In this document: positions 49,449 through 60,260 of the stretch, piece by piece
How the letters are laid out: each line of letters begins with the position of its first letter
How positions within the stretch are numbered: the first letter of the stretch is position 1
NCBI GenBank assembly: GCA_022449545.1
Contig: JAKUPN010000006.1
Span: 13-64,012 of the forward strand
From: Alphaproteobacteria bacterium
GTDB taxonomy: Bacteria; Pseudomonadota; Alphaproteobacteria; UBA6615
Direction: 5' to 3'
DNA: 64,000 nt
Notes under the pieces: model-generated
The model's database searches: none
Told to the model about the DNA's origin: nothing
Seen by the model: only the letters and a program-made list of their open reading frames with translations
Program-made: the position numbers and the translations under genes

Positions 49449-50035
49449 AAGATAGCTTTTGTTGATATGGCTTTAGACAGTAAAGATTTGTAACTATCTC
49501 TAGTTACTTCATAACATCCAAATTGGACTAAGTGATCAGTTAAGAATTGAGTATCAAGTAGCTTGAAGTTACCTTTATTAAGTCTCGCAACTAGGTGACA
49601 AAGGGCTACTTTACTTGCGTCTCTTTCCCTAGAAAACATGCTTTCGCCAAAAAATGCTCCTCCTATAGCTAAACCATATAAACCGCCGACCAGTTTACTA
49701 TTAAACCAGACTTCTACTGAGTGAGCGTATCCTAGTTCAAATAAGGATTTATAAAGTGTCTCTATTTTATTATTAATCCAAGTTTTAGGGCGATTTTTTG
49801 ATCGTTCATAACAACCTTTGATAACTCCATTAAAGTCTGAGTCAGCACTAACTTGATAACGACAATTTTTTAGAGTGCGTTTTAACCGTCTGGGTATGTG
49901 CATATTATTGATCGGAAGAATACCTCTAATTTCCGGTTCCACCCAGAAAAAATCAGGATCATTACGATTTTCTGCCATAGGAAAGATACCTTGGGCGTAT
50001 GCACTTAATAAAATATCAGCTGTTATTTCATGCAT
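49385..50035 (-). CDS. aat: Leucyl/phenylalanyl-tRNA--protein transferase
   Basis: AYAQGIFPM, AHSVEVW, GGLYG, FFGESMFS, DASKVAL, LLDTQ. Confidence 0.96.
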   Translation of the reverse strand: MHEITADILLSAYAQGIFPMAENRNDPDFFWVEPEIRGILPINNMHIPRRLKRTLKNCRYQVSADSDFNGVIKGCYERSKNRPKTWINNKIETLYKSLFELGYAHSVEVWFNSKLVGGLYGLAIGGAFFGESMFSRERDASKVALCHLVARLNKGNFKLLDTQFLTDHLVQFGCYEVTRDSYKSLLSKAISTKAIFHSNLVLEEFELFVQSTTQTS

Positions 50036-50043
50036 AGCTTAAT

Positions 50044-51384
50044 TTAGTTTTCAGACATAAACTTTTCTAACCAGTGAATATTGTAATCACCAGAAATAAA
50101 ATCATCATTATCTATAACTCGTTTATGCAAAGGTATCGTTGTTTCTACACCCGAGATTACCATTTCGTCTAGGCAGCGTTTTAACCTTCTAATACAGCTA
50201 GTTCTGTCGTCCGAGTGAACAATTAGTTTAGCTATTAAACTATCGTAGTTAGGAGGAATTTTATATCCATTGTAGAGAGCCGAATCTACTCTTACTCCTA
50301 GGCCTCCTGGAGCGTGTAGCTCAGTTATTTGTCCAGGAGATGGAATAAAAGTATCAGGATTTTCAGCATTTATACGACATTCAATAGAATGACCCGAATA
50401 TTTTATATCTTTTTGAGAGAATGACAATTCTTTGTCTGCGGCTACATTAATCATTTCTTTTATTATGTCCACGCCGCATATCATTTCGGTGATCCCGTGT
50501 TCGACCTGTACTCGTGTATTCATTTCTATAAAATAAAATTCTCCATTTTCGTATAAAAATTCAAAAGTACCAGCACTAATATAATTAAAACTTTTGGCCG
50601 CTTCACAGCAAACCTCTACTAGCTTTTGTCTCGTAACTTTGTCTAAAGTGGGAGAAGGGGCCTCTTCAATTATTTTCTGATGATTGCGTTGAAGAGAGCA
50701 GTCACGTTCGTATAAGCTCACTACATTTCCAAATTTATCAGCTAGAATCTGTACTTCTATGTGTCTTGGTTTAGAAAGATATTTCTCTATATAAACCGAG
50801 GATTCCCCAAAATTTACTTTTGCTTCATTTTGTGCGGTTTTTAAACTATTTTCCATATTATCTTTGTGGGTAACTACTCTCATCCCTTTGCCACCTCCGC
50901 CGGCTGCTGCTTTTATTAGAACCGGAAAACCAATTTTTTCAGCTATCTCTATCGCGGACGAGACATTCTCAATTCTGCCATCCGTTCCTGGCACAACAGG
51001 AACATTTACTTTTTTCATCTCTGCTTTTGCTTGAACTTTATCGCCCATAATTTGAATATGTTCAGGGCTTGGTCCAATGAAGGTAAAACCATGTTCTTCA
51101 GTAATGCGGGCAAAGTTTGAGTTTTCTGAAAGAAAACCATAACCTGGATGGATAGCATTAGCGTTGGTCAATGTTGCTGCTGAAATAATGGCAGGAATAT
51201 TAAGATAGCTATCTATAGAGCTTGGGGGGCCAATACACACACTCTCATCTGCTAGTTTGACGTGCATTGCTTCCGAGTCAGCTGTAGAATGCACAGCAAC
51301 CGTGGAAATTCCCATTTCCTTACAGGCTCTGTGAATACGAAGTGCAATTTCACCTCGGTTAGCTATAAGAATTTTTTCAAACAT
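50044..51384 (-). CDS. accC: Acetyl-CoA carboxylase biotin carboxylase
   Basis: IANRGEIALR, GGGGKGM, EMNTRVQVEH, PGGLGVRVDS. Confidence 0.96.
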   Translation of the reverse strand: MFEKILIANRGEIALRIHRACKEMGISTVAVHSTADSEAMHVKLADESVCIGPPSSIDSYLNIPAIISAATLTNANAIHPGYGFLSENSNFARITEEHGFTFIGPSPEHIQIMGDKVQAKAEMKKVNVPVVPGTDGRIENVSSAIEIAEKIGFPVLIKAAAGGGGKGMRVVTHKDNMENSLKTAQNEAKVNFGESSVYIEKYLSKPRHIEVQILADKFGNVVSLYERDCSLQRNHQKIIEEAPSPTLDKVTRQKLVEVCCEAAKSFNYISAGTFEFLYENGEFYFIEMNTRVQVEHGITEMICGVDIIKEMINVAADKELSFSQKDIKYSGHSIECRINAENPDTFIPSPGQITELHAPGGLGVRVDSALYNGYKIPPNYDSLIAKLIVHSDDRTSCIRRLKRCLDEMVISGVETTIPLHKRVIDNDDFISGDYNIHWLEKFMSEN

Positions 51385-51401
51385 TATGGTTTAGCCTGAG
51401 T

Positions 51402-51842
51402 TTAGCTAATTAAGGCGAGTATTTCGCCATACTCGACAGGCTGTCCATCTTTAACAAGAATTTCAGATAAATTACCATCGCAGTGAGCTGATATTTCATT
51501 AAAAGTTTTCATGGCTTCAATAACGAGAATAGTTTGACCTTTTAAGACGGCATCTCCTACATTAACAAATGGCGGCTCTCCTGGTGCTGATGCCGTATAA
51601 ATAGTTCCTACCATGGGTGCAGTAACTGCGCCAATTGGGGGAGAATTGTCTACAACCCGATCGATGGTTATATTTGGTTTCTTTATATCTGTCGTCACAA
51701 TCGGTGAATTTTGATAGCTAGGTATAGTTACTCTTATTCGTATACCGGATTCTTCGTATTCAATTTCTCCAAGTCCAGTTTCAGAGAGCAATTCAGCTAA
51801 CTTGCGAACCAAATCAGAATCTACGTCAAATTTTTTGCTCAT
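51402..51842 (-). CDS. accB: Biotin carboxyl carrier protein
   Basis: APMVGT, IEAMKTFNEI, QPVEYGE. Confidence 0.95.
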   Translation of the reverse strand: MSKKFDVDSDLVRKLAELLSETGLGEIEYEESGIRIRVTIPSYQNSPIVTTDIKKPNITIDRVVDNSPPIGAVTAPMVGTIYTASAPGEPPFVNVGDAVLKGQTILVIEAMKTFNEISAHCDGNLSEILVKDGQPVEYGEILALIS

Positions 51843-51858
51843 TTTTTAGGTTTCAACA

Positions 51859-52305
51859 TTAGTTAGTAATTTTATTCGATATTGCATTAATTGACAGTAT
51901 GTAGCCATCACCTCCGAAACCACATATTAGACCCGAGGCAACAGAGCTTATATAAGAATGATGCCTAAATTCCTCTCTAGAGAAAATATTTGATAAATGC
52001 ACTTCAATTATGGGGATAGTTAAAAGTTTCAATGCATCGAGAACCGCAACGGAGGTATGGGTGTATGCTCCGGCATTGATTATAAGCCCAGCAGCCTCCT
52101 TTTTAGATTCTTGTATCCATGCAACTAACTCTCCTTCATGATTTGTTTGTTTGAATACAATCGAGAGGTTATGTTTATTTGCTTCTCTAACACAACGATC
52201 TTTAATCATATCTAGCGTTTCGTGACCATATTGATCAGGTTCGCGATCTCCTAGAAGATTTAGATTTGGACCATTAAGTATCCATAAGTTTGGATTATCA
52301 ACCAC
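51859..52305 (-). CDS. aroQ: Type II 3-dehydroquinate dehydratase
   Basis: LNGPNLNLLG, NAGAYTHTS, EVHLSN, REEFRHHS. Confidence 0.97.
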   Translation of the reverse strand: MVDNPNLWILNGPNLNLLGDREPDQYGHETLDMIKDRCVREANKHNLSIVFKQTNHEGELVAWIQESKKEAAGLIINAGAYTHTSVAVLDALKLLTIPIIEVHLSNIFSREEFRHHSYISSVASGLICGFGGDGYILSINAISNKITN

Positions 52306-52438
52306 AGTTCGAAACCTACAATGTTAATTTGTATTAGGCGTTATCATACAGGTCGATTCATCGCAACGATTTAGACAAGATTATTAATTACAAATTTTAT
52401 CTATTTTAATTCTCTATGCACGGATCAGTTTTTTCAAA

Positions 52439-53089
52439 TCATTCATTTGAGTTAAGTAATTTAGTGGTTAGTTCAAAAACGTTTTCAAACATCTGAACTG
52501 ATAGTCTTTTGGTGTTTATATTGTATCTGGAGCAATGGTAGCTATCTACTAGTTTAAACGATTGATTGCCGTTTGAAACTTTGTGTATAACAGAATGTTT
52601 GAAAGCATTATCTTTTAGGGAAAGTTTTAAACAGGCTAATAATGAGCTATGGGCTGTTACTCCCAACGCTATAATAACCTGCAGATTAGACATTGATTTT
52701 ATCTCAGAATTTAAAAAGGTTCTGCAAGATTTGATTTCTGAACCAATTGGTTTATTTTTTGGTGGAACGCACCTCACTGCATTAGTTATACGACAGTCAA
52801 TTAGTTTTAAGCTATCGTCTTTTGATTGGGCGTACGAACCATTTGCAAATCCATATTTAATCAAAGTTGAATATAATACGTCACCTGCATAGTCTCCAGT
52901 GAATGGACGACCAGTCTTGTTTGCGCCTTTTAGACCTGGCGCTAAACCCACTATTAAAAGACGAGAATCTATTCCACCAAAGCTATCTACTGGTGCATTA
53001 TGATAGTTTGTGAGCTTTTGTTGGTTTGCTTTTCGATAATCAACTAATCTTGGGCATAAATTACAATTGTATTTAGGCTTTAGTTCCAC
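52439..53089 (-). CDS. Uracil-DNA glycosylase, family 5 (Fe-S)
   Basis: CNLCPRL, GLAPG, TGRPFTGD, RCVPP, YHCSRYN. Confidence 0.92.
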   Translation of the reverse strand: MELKPKYNCNLCPRLVDYRKANQQKLTNYHNAPVDSFGGIDSRLLIVGLAPGLKGANKTGRPFTGDYAGDVLYSTLIKYGFANGSYAQSKDDSLKLIDCRITNAVRCVPPKNKPIGSEIKSCRTFLNSEIKSMSNLQVIIALGVTAHSSLLACLKLSLKDNAFKHSVIHKVSNGNQSFKLVDSYHCSRYNINTKRLSVQMFENVFELTTKLLNSNE

Positions 53090-53331
53090 ATAATCTCCTT
53101 TTTGTTATATTTGATTTAAGTGATTACGAATGTACTAACCAGTTATTAATGTTTATATAAATAAATTATAGCGCACAGATTGGAATAAATTTTTTATACT
53201 ATTTATTTATTCAAATTACCCTTGATCAAATGTAACTCAATGACTTTTATGCATTGGGTTATATTGTGAGGCATTATTTAGATAACGCATTTATTAATCT
53301 TAAAACAGTAGTATTTTCAAAGAAACTTATT

Positions 53332-53838
53332 ATGAAAAATAGTAAAAGTATCTTTATCGGGCTGGGAGCAAATTTACCCAGTAAAGTTTATGGTGAACCT
53401 ATTAAAACATTGGAAGCTTCTTTAAGAGCTCTCAAAACGAGTGGTATAAAGATAGTTGGACAATCTCGTTGGTATTCTAGCCTTGCGTTTCCTGACCCCC
53501 ATCAGCCAAAATATTTGAATGGTGTAGTGTCAGTAAGGACTGATCTAACGCCTAAAAAATTACTAAATCTACTCAATAAAATTGAAGATCAATTCGGAAG
53601 AGTAAGAACTTTTAGGAATGCACCACGTGTTATAGATTTAGATCTACTTGCGTTTGGAGACACAATTCGAACAGATGAACCACCTCTTTTGCCTCATCCC
53701 CGTTTGGCAGAACGTATTTTTGTTCTTAAACCCTTAAGTGATATTGAACCAACATGGGTACATCCATTACTCGGGTTATCAACGAACGAACTTATTGAAA
53801 CCTTGCCAGAAAGTAATGATATTACTTTATACAATTAA
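53332..53838 (+). CDS. folK: 2-amino-4-hydroxy-6-hydroxymethyldihydropteridine pyrophosphokinase
   Basis: IGLGANL, YLNGV, PRVIDLDLL, PHPR..RIFVLKPL; ATG 53332 preferred. Confidence 0.95.
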   Translation: MKNSKSIFIGLGANLPSKVYGEPIKTLEASLRALKTSGIKIVGQSRWYSSLAFPDPHQPKYLNGVVSVRTDLTPKKLLNLLNKIEDQFGRVRTFRNAPRVIDLDLLAFGDTIRTDEPPLLPHPRLAERIFVLKPLSDIEPTWVHPLLGLSTNELIETLPESNDITLYN

Positions 53839-53935
53839 AAATAATGATTAACGTTTTTTATATATTTGGTTGGCATTAAATATTTTTATGCTTATATAAT
53901 GGTTTTTACATAACATAAGTCTGGAGATAATTCAT

Positions 53936-54346
53936 ATGGCTCGGGTAACTGTAGAAGATTGTGTAGAAAAAGTATCAAGTCGATTTCAATTAGTGTTACT
54001 TGCAGCTCAAAGGTCACGGGAAATATTGGCTGGTTCACCAATAACTGTTGAGAAGGATAACGACAAAAACCCTGTTATAGCATTACGAGAGATTGCTGAT
54101 GAGACGCTCGATATTGATGAGCTAACTGATGCACTCGTAGCGAGTCAGCAGCGCCATGTCGATTTTGATATTCTTGAAGATGAGACAGAGGAGGATGAGG
54201 TTGTAGAGTTACTTGAATCCGAATCTAATGTTGAAGGGGTCAGTTTGGGTGATTCTGTTGATGAAAAAGTTAATCAAATTGAAATTCCATCAGATGCAAA
54301 GAAAATTCGTTTTGAGGACGTAGCCGGTTCTATGGATATTGATTGA
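53936..54346 (+). CDS. rpoZ: RNA polymerase omega subunit
   Basis: [22 protein letters not shown], acidic tail. Confidence 0.97.
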   Translation: MARVTVEDCVEKVSSRFQLVLLAAQRSREILAGSPITVEKDNDKNPVIALREIADETLDIDELTDALVASQQRHVDFDILEDETEEDEVVELLESESNVEGVSLGDSVDEKVNQIEIPSDAKKIRFEDVAGSMDID

Positions 54347-54466
54347 TCTATTTTAGAGATTTCGTCTGCCTTGAAAAAACGTTAAATTACTGAGCCAGGG
54401 GAATTATTTGTTTGATTAACTGAATTGTTCAAAATTAAGTTTTATTGGGACTGGATCTGAGAAGAA

Positions 54467-56644
54467 ATGGTTGGGCAATATGAGCTTGTAGATAGAGTTA
54501 AATCTTATGACCCTAAGTTTGATTCGTCGTTACTTAATTTGGCCTATGATTTTTCAGAAAAAGCGCATGGTGGACAAAGGCGTGATTCAGGAGATTCATA
54601 TTTTTCTCATCCACTAGAAGTAGCTGACATTCTCACAGATTATCGCCTCGATGGTGCATCGATTGTAACCGCGTTGCTGCATGACACGATCGAAGATACT
54701 GATACCTCTCAAGCTGAGATCAAAAAAATATTTGGTGATGAAATTTCACAGTTAGTAGATGGAGTTACAAAACTCACGCGTATTGAATTACAATCTAACA
54801 AGGCAAAGCAAGCTGAAAATTTTAGAAAATTTGTGTTAGCTAGTAGCCGTGATATTCGTGTTTTATTGATTAAATTGGCTGATCGATTGCACAATATGCG
54901 TACAATTCAGTATGTAGAATTGCCGGAAAGAAGGCATCGTATCGCTCAAGAAACTATGGATATTTACGCTCCGTTAGCAGCTCGAATTGGTATGAATGAC
55001 TTTAAGGATGAATTGGAGGACTTGGCTTTTTCTGAGCTCAATCGTGATGCAAGGGACTCTATTATCAGACGTTTGCAATTTTTAAGAGAAGAAGGCGGAA
55101 ATCTTATAGAAAGAGTGACTAAAGAGTTAAAGCAGGTTCTTCTTGATGATAATGTGACTGCTGTTGTTTCTGGTAGAGAAAAATCTCCTTATTCAATATG
55201 GAGAAAAATGTCCCGAAAACAAGTCGCTTTTGAGCAACTATCAGACATTATGGCTTTTAGAATATTAGTTAATGATTATTCAGACTGTTATCGTACACTT
55301 GGAATAATTCATGCAAATTATCGCGCAGTACCAGGTCGTTTTAGGGATTATTTGTCTACTCCAAAACCAAATGGTTATCAGTCACTCCACACTGGAGTTC
55401 TAGGGCCTGAAAAACATCGAATAGAAGTACAGATTCGTACTTCTAAAATGCATGAAATTGCTGAAAGAGGAGTTGCTGCACATTGGCGATATAGTCAACT
55501 CGGAGCTGGCCCGGTGTCAGTCTTTGGCTTATCTGACGATAGTCATTATAGATGGCTTCAGGAGTTGCTTGATATCCTAGACGATGCAGCCGGCCCAGAA
55601 GATTTTCTTGAGCATACGAAACTTGAAATGTTTTCAGATCAGGTTTTTGTTTTTTCACCAAAAGGTGAGGTTTATGCTTTGCCACAGTCCTCAACTCCAA
55701 TAGACTTTGCTTATGCAGTTCATACTGAAGTGGGGGATCATTGTGTGGGTGCAATGATTAATGGGAGAAATATGCCATTACAAACTCTATTACAGAATGG
55801 AGACCAAGTTGAAATTTTAACTTCGGAAAATCAAACTCCCTCGCCAAATTGGGAACAATTCGTAGTCACTGGCAAAGCTAGGGCTAGAATTCGGCGAGTT
55901 TTAAGATATCAGAAACAGTTAGAGTATGTTGAGCTTGGTAAAGGAATTATAGAACAAGCATTTTTAAGGCGGAGTGAAGAATTTAACGAAGGTAAATTAA
56001 TAGATGCCTTGAAAGAACTTCATGCAGAGTCTGTGCATGATCTTTATATTTTAGTTGGACAAGGGGTTCACACAGGTCGTGATGTTGTTCGTGTTTTATT
56101 TCCTGAAGAAAATATTCTGAGAAACAAACAGTCAAAAAATTCTCTGTTTTCTTTGCGTAGATCAAAACGTAAATCTCAAAAAGATGGAGAATTTTCAGTG
56201 CCTATTGATGGTTTAACACCGGGCATGGCTGTTCATTTGGCTAAGTGTTGTTATCCATTGCCTGGGGAACGAATTGTAGCAATTGCAACAACGGGTAAAG
56301 GGGTTACAGTTCATACTATAGACTGTATGACACTAGAATCCTTTTCTGATAGCCCAGAAAGATGGGTTGATGTCTCTTGGACTACTGACCCAGAGTCCAT
56401 CAAAAAACAACTCAGCCGGTTAAAAGTTACTTTAGTAAATGAACCAGGTAGTCTTGGAGAATTAGCTAATATAATTGCTCAGTCTGGAGGAAATATTTCT
56501 AACCTTCAATTTACAAATAGAAATCCTGATTTTTTCGATATGACTGTTGATATAGAGGTTGATGATAATAAACATCTAAGTAATGTTTTATCTGCTCTAA
56601 GGGCAGGTCGCTCTGTTAGCACAGTAGGTAGGTCTCGTGGCTAG
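54467..56644 (+). CDS. spoT: Bifunctional (p)ppGpp synthetase/hydrolase (RSH)
   Basis: LLHDTIED, KLADRLHNMRT, PKPNGYQSLHT, EVQIRT, TGS and ACT domains. Confidence 0.96.
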   Translation: MVGQYELVDRVKSYDPKFDSSLLNLAYDFSEKAHGGQRRDSGDSYFSHPLEVADILTDYRLDGASIVTALLHDTIEDTDTSQAEIKKIFGDEISQLVDGVTKLTRIELQSNKAKQAENFRKFVLASSRDIRVLLIKLADRLHNMRTIQYVELPERRHRIAQETMDIYAPLAARIGMNDFKDELEDLAFSELNRDARDSIIRRLQFLREEGGNLIERVTKELKQVLLDDNVTAVVSGREKSPYSIWRKMSRKQVAFEQLSDIMAFRILVNDYSDCYRTLGIIHANYRAVPGRFRDYLSTPKPNGYQSLHTGVLGPEKHRIEVQIRTSKMHEIAERGVAAHWRYSQLGAGPVSVFGLSDDSHYRWLQELLDILDDAAGPEDFLEHTKLEMFSDQVFVFSPKGEVYALPQSSTPIDFAYAVHTEVGDHCVGAMINGRNMPLQTLLQNGDQVEILTSENQTPSPNWEQFVVTGKARARIRRVLRYQKQLEYVELGKGIIEQAFLRRSEEFNEGKLIDALKELHAESVHDLYILVGQGVHTGRDVVRVLFPEENILRNKQSKNSLFSLRRSKRKSQKDGEFSVPIDGLTPGMAVHLAKCCYPLPGERIVAIATTGKGVTVHTIDCMTLESFSDSPERWVDVSWTTDPESIKKQLSRLKVTLVNEPGSLGELANIIAQSGGNISNLQFTNRNPDFFDMTVDIEVDDNKHLSNVLSALRAGRSVSTVGRSRG

Positions 56645-56686
56645 AATGTTAGTTTGTTTTTTTTATCAGACATTGTAGAGGGATGC

Positions 56687-57436
56687 ATGATTGCAGATAA
56701 AATGCGCCTAGGTATAAACATTGACCATGTCGCAACGATAAGGAACGCAAGAGGAGGTGAACATCCTGATCCAGTGAAAGCGGCAAAGCTGGCTATTAAT
56801 GCTGGCGCTGACAGTATTGTTATTCATTTACGTGAAGATAGACGCCATATTTTAGATAATGATCTAATTCACTTAATGAAGGAGATTGATAAACCTATTA
56901 CTTTGGAAATGGCACCAACAAACGAAATGGTTAATATAGCTTGTAACAATTCTCCACAAAAAGTCTGTATTGTTCCTGAAAAAAGGGAAGAAAGAACCAC
57001 GGAAGGTGGGTTAGATGTATGCACTTCTTTTTACTCTTTGCAAAAATATATCTCGAAATTAAAAAGTAATAACATTGATGTTTCCTTGTTCATTGAGCCT
57101 GATATTAATCAGATTAATGCCGCAAAAGAATTAAATGCAACTGCTATTGAACTACACACTGGGGAGTATTGTGAGGCACTTATTAGACATAACGAATTAA
57201 AGATTCAAAATGAATTAATTAGGTTAGAGAAAGCATCTATTCATGGCTATAATCTAGGTCTAGAAATCAATGCGGGTCATGGCCTCAACTACGCATCTGT
57301 TGCTTCTATGAGTAAAATAAAAGAAATTACTGAACTTAATATTGGTCATTTTATAATTGGTGAATCATTATTTATTGGTATTGAGGAAGCTGTACGTGAA
57401 ATGCGCTCATTAATAGACGCAGCTAGACATAACTAG
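56687..57436 (+). CDS. pdxJ: Pyridoxine 5'-phosphate synthase
   Basis: [41 protein letters not shown]. Confidence 0.97.
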   Translation: MIADKMRLGINIDHVATIRNARGGEHPDPVKAAKLAINAGADSIVIHLREDRRHILDNDLIHLMKEIDKPITLEMAPTNEMVNIACNNSPQKVCIVPEKREERTTEGGLDVCTSFYSLQKYISKLKSNNIDVSLFIEPDINQINAAKELNATAIELHTGEYCEALIRHNELKIQNELIRLEKASIHGYNLGLEINAGHGLNYASVASMSKIKEITELNIGHFIIGESLFIGIEEAVREMRSLIDAARHN

Positions 57437-57450
57437 AATATGATAACTTT

Positions 57451-57849
57451 ATGATCATTGGTGTTGGTATAGACTTAATTAATATCACGCGAATAGAGCG
57501 TACTTTGAGTAGGTTTGGTGATCGTTTTACAGAACGCTGCTTCACCTCTCTAGAGCGGAAACGATCTAATTCACGCAATAATCGAGTGGACAGTTATGCC
57601 AAAAGGTACGCTGCTAAAGAAGCTTGTTCAAAGGCGTTAGGCACAGGATTCCGTCAAGGGGTTTATTGGCGTGACATAGGTGTTATAAATCTACCATCCG
57701 GAAAGCCGAGTATCGAATTATCTGGTGGCGCGGCTAGACGTCTTATAGAAATTACTCCAACTGGTTTCCAAGCAGTGATAGATTTATCGATAACGGATGA
57801 AAGGCCAATTGCTCAAGCAATTGTGATTATCACTGCAATAAGAAGTTGA
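57451..57849 (+). CDS. acpS: Holo-ACP synthase
   Basis: [25 protein letters not shown]. Confidence 0.96.
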   Translation: MIIGVGIDLINITRIERTLSRFGDRFTERCFTSLERKRSNSRNNRVDSYAKRYAAKEACSKALGTGFRQGVYWRDIGVINLPSGKPSIELSGGAARRLIEITPTGFQAVIDLSITDERPIAQAIVIITAIRS

Positions 57850-57919
57850 TATAGATACCTTTAAGTTTGTCTACTTTGTTAATTTTTAATTATTTGTATT
57901 TTAGTAAGTGGAAAAGTAA

Positions 57920-58672
57920 ATGGAAAAGACCAGAGAGAATAATAAAAAGAGTAAAACGAGTTGGGGAGAAAATATTCGTGTAATAATTTATGCTCTTTTA
58001 ATAGCGTTCTTTATTCGAACTATAGCCTACCAACCTTTTAATATTCCTTCTGGATCAATGATCCCGACCTTACTTGTTGGTGATTATTTATTTGTTTCAA
58101 AATATTCTTATGGTTATAGCCGATATTCTTTACCATTCGGAATAAAGTTATTTGATGGGAGATTGTTTTCTAATCAACCAGAACGCGGAGATGTAGCGGT
58201 TTTTCGTCAGCCACCTTCAAACAGAGATGATTTCATTAAACGAATTGTTGGATTGCCAGGAGATAAAATACAAATGATCGATGGCCTTCTATATATTAAT
58301 GGATCTCCGACTAAAAAGAAAAGAATTGAAGATTCTATATACATTGATTTCAGGGGACGTGAAATTAGTATTCCACAATATGAAGAAACATTAGAAAATG
58401 GTGTTAGTTATGTTGTTAGTGAATCGATGGGAAACAATGGAACAGTCGATAATACTCAAGAATTCTTAGTGCCGAAAAACCATTATTTTGCGATGGGAGA
58501 TAATCGTGACAATAGTAATGATAGTCGAAGTTGGCTTTATATACCTTCAGAGAACTTAGTTGGTCGAGCTGAAATAATCTTCTTTTCGACCGATGGATCG
58601 TCGGGATGGCTAAAACCTTGGTTATGGTTTGATTCAACACGATTTAAACGAATTTTTAATTCAATAGATTAG
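57920..58672 (+). CDS. lepB: Signal peptidase I
   Basis: IPSGSMIPTL, FIKRIVGLPGD, GDNRDNSNDSR. Confidence 0.97.
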   Translation: MEKTRENNKKSKTSWGENIRVIIYALLIAFFIRTIAYQPFNIPSGSMIPTLLVGDYLFVSKYSYGYSRYSLPFGIKLFDGRLFSNQPERGDVAVFRQPPSNRDDFIKRIVGLPGDKIQMIDGLLYINGSPTKKKRIEDSIYIDFRGREISIPQYEETLENGVSYVVSESMGNNGTVDNTQEFLVPKNHYFAMGDNRDNSNDSRSWLYIPSENLVGRAEIIFFSTDGSSGWLKPWLWFDSTRFKRIFNSID

Positions 58673-58675
58673 GCT

Positions 58676-59341
58676 ATGAACCAGAATTTATACAACGACT
58701 TCATGGAATTCATAATAGAGTATAGGTTCAATGATGTAAAACTTTTGAATCAGGCAATGCAACATGTTAGCACAGGTGTAATAAATAATGAGCGATTAGA
58801 GTTTTTGGGTGATAGGATACTTGGTTTAGTTATAGCTGAGCTCCTTCTCGAGAAGTTTCCTCATGAAAATGAAGGTGATATTGGAAAACGCTATGCAAGT
58901 CTTGTGCAGCGCGAAACACTTGCCTTGATAGGTAACCATCTTGATTTGAAGAAGTACCTTCATGCTATTGGAACAGAAGTCAATGACAGCATTGTGGGGG
59001 ATGCAACAGAAGCTTTGATTGCGGCTATTTATTTGGATGGTGGATATTCTGTCTCGGCTGATTTTATAAAGAAATTCTGGAATCCTTTGATTAAGTTAGC
59101 AGATATGCCCCCACAAGATTCAAAAACTAGACTACAAGAAATGAGTCAATCACTGGGGTTGGGACTACCAATCTATCGAAATGTGTCTAGAGATGGACCT
59201 GATCATAATCCTATATTTCAGGTTGAAGTTTCAGTAGTAAAATTAGGAAAATTTGTTGGCAGAGGAAGTAGTAAGAAAGTTGCAGAACAAGAGGCAGCTA
59301 GACAATTGTTACAAAAGGTAAAAAGTAAAAGTGATACCTGA
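58676..59341 (+). CDS. rnc: Ribonuclease III
   Basis: NERLEFLGD, DATEALIAAIYLD, dsRBD (GPDH, SKKVAEQ). Confidence 0.96.
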   Translation: MNQNLYNDFMEFIIEYRFNDVKLLNQAMQHVSTGVINNERLEFLGDRILGLVIAELLLEKFPHENEGDIGKRYASLVQRETLALIGNHLDLKKYLHAIGTEVNDSIVGDATEALIAAIYLDGGYSVSADFIKKFWNPLIKLADMPPQDSKTRLQEMSQSLGLGLPIYRNVSRDGPDHNPIFQVEVSVVKLGKFVGRGSSKKVAEQEAARQLLQKVKSKSDT

Positions 59342-60233
59342 TAATACTAAATGTGGGTTAGTTTCTATTGTTGGATTACCTAACGCTGGTAAATCCACTC
59401 TTTTGAATAACTTTGTTGGTGAAAAAATATCTATTGTTACTCATAAGGTTCAAACCACACGTTCACGTGTTCGGGGGGTGTCCATGGTTGGTGACACGCA
59501 GATTGTTTACATCGATACACCGGGAATTTTTAAAGCAAAAAGACGATTAGAAAGGTCTATGGTAGATGCTGCTTGGTCTAGTGTTAAAGATTCAGATGTT
59601 GTTGTAATTGTTATAGACGCATATAGAGGGGTGGACGATAAAGTAAAAAGATTATTACTGGAGGTAAATGAGCGTAATTGTAAAACTATATTAGCACTCA
59701 ATAAAGTCGATAAAGTAAAACGTGAATTGCTACTTTCGTTAACAGCTGAACTAAGTAGTATTTCTGAGTATGGAGAGGTGTTTATGGTGTCAGCCTCCAA
59801 AGGGGATGGAATAGAAGATTTACAAGATTATATAGCGACACTTATGCTTCCGGGCCCCTGGTTATATCCTAGAGATCAGTTGTCTGATCTTCCCGAGAGA
59901 CTCATCGCTTCTGAAACTACTAGAGAAAAAGCATATTTATTCTTACATCAAGAACTACCCTATTCGCTCTCGGTTTTTACCGAAGAGTGGAAGGTGTTAA
60001 GAGATACGAGTATACGTTTGAGACAAGTTATATATGTAGAAAGAGATACACAAAAAGCGATTGTTTTAGGAAAATCTGGCCAAACAATTAAAAAAATACG
60101 GATCTCCTCTCAGAAAGAAATGAGTAATCTATTTGAAACATTTGTTCATCTATTTATTGAAGTTAAAGTCCGAAGGAATTGGGTCGATGATCCAAAGAGT
60201 TATGATGAATGGGGTTTAAAATATGATATTTGA
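59331..60233 (+). CDS. era: GTPase Era
   Basis: GLPNAGKS, QTTR, DTPG, NKVD, KH domain. Confidence 0.97.
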   Translation: MIPDNTKCGLVSIVGLPNAGKSTLLNNFVGEKISIVTHKVQTTRSRVRGVSMVGDTQIVYIDTPGIFKAKRRLERSMVDAAWSSVKDSDVVVIVIDAYRGVDDKVKRLLLEVNERNCKTILALNKVDKVKRELLLSLTAELSSISEYGEVFMVSASKGDGIEDLQDYIATLMLPGPWLYPRDQLSDLPERLIASETTREKAYLFLHQELPYSLSVFTEEWKVLRDTSIRLRQVIYVERDTQKAIVLGKSGQTIKKIRISSQKEMSNLFETFVHLFIEVKVRRNWVDDPKSYDEWGLKYDI

Positions 60234-60260
60234 ACGACCCACTAAAGTTGGATTAGCTAA

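Noticed and set aside
52307..52316. tRNA T-loop-like GTTCGAAACC
   Set aside because: No acceptor, D or anticodon arms; directly abuts the aroQ start
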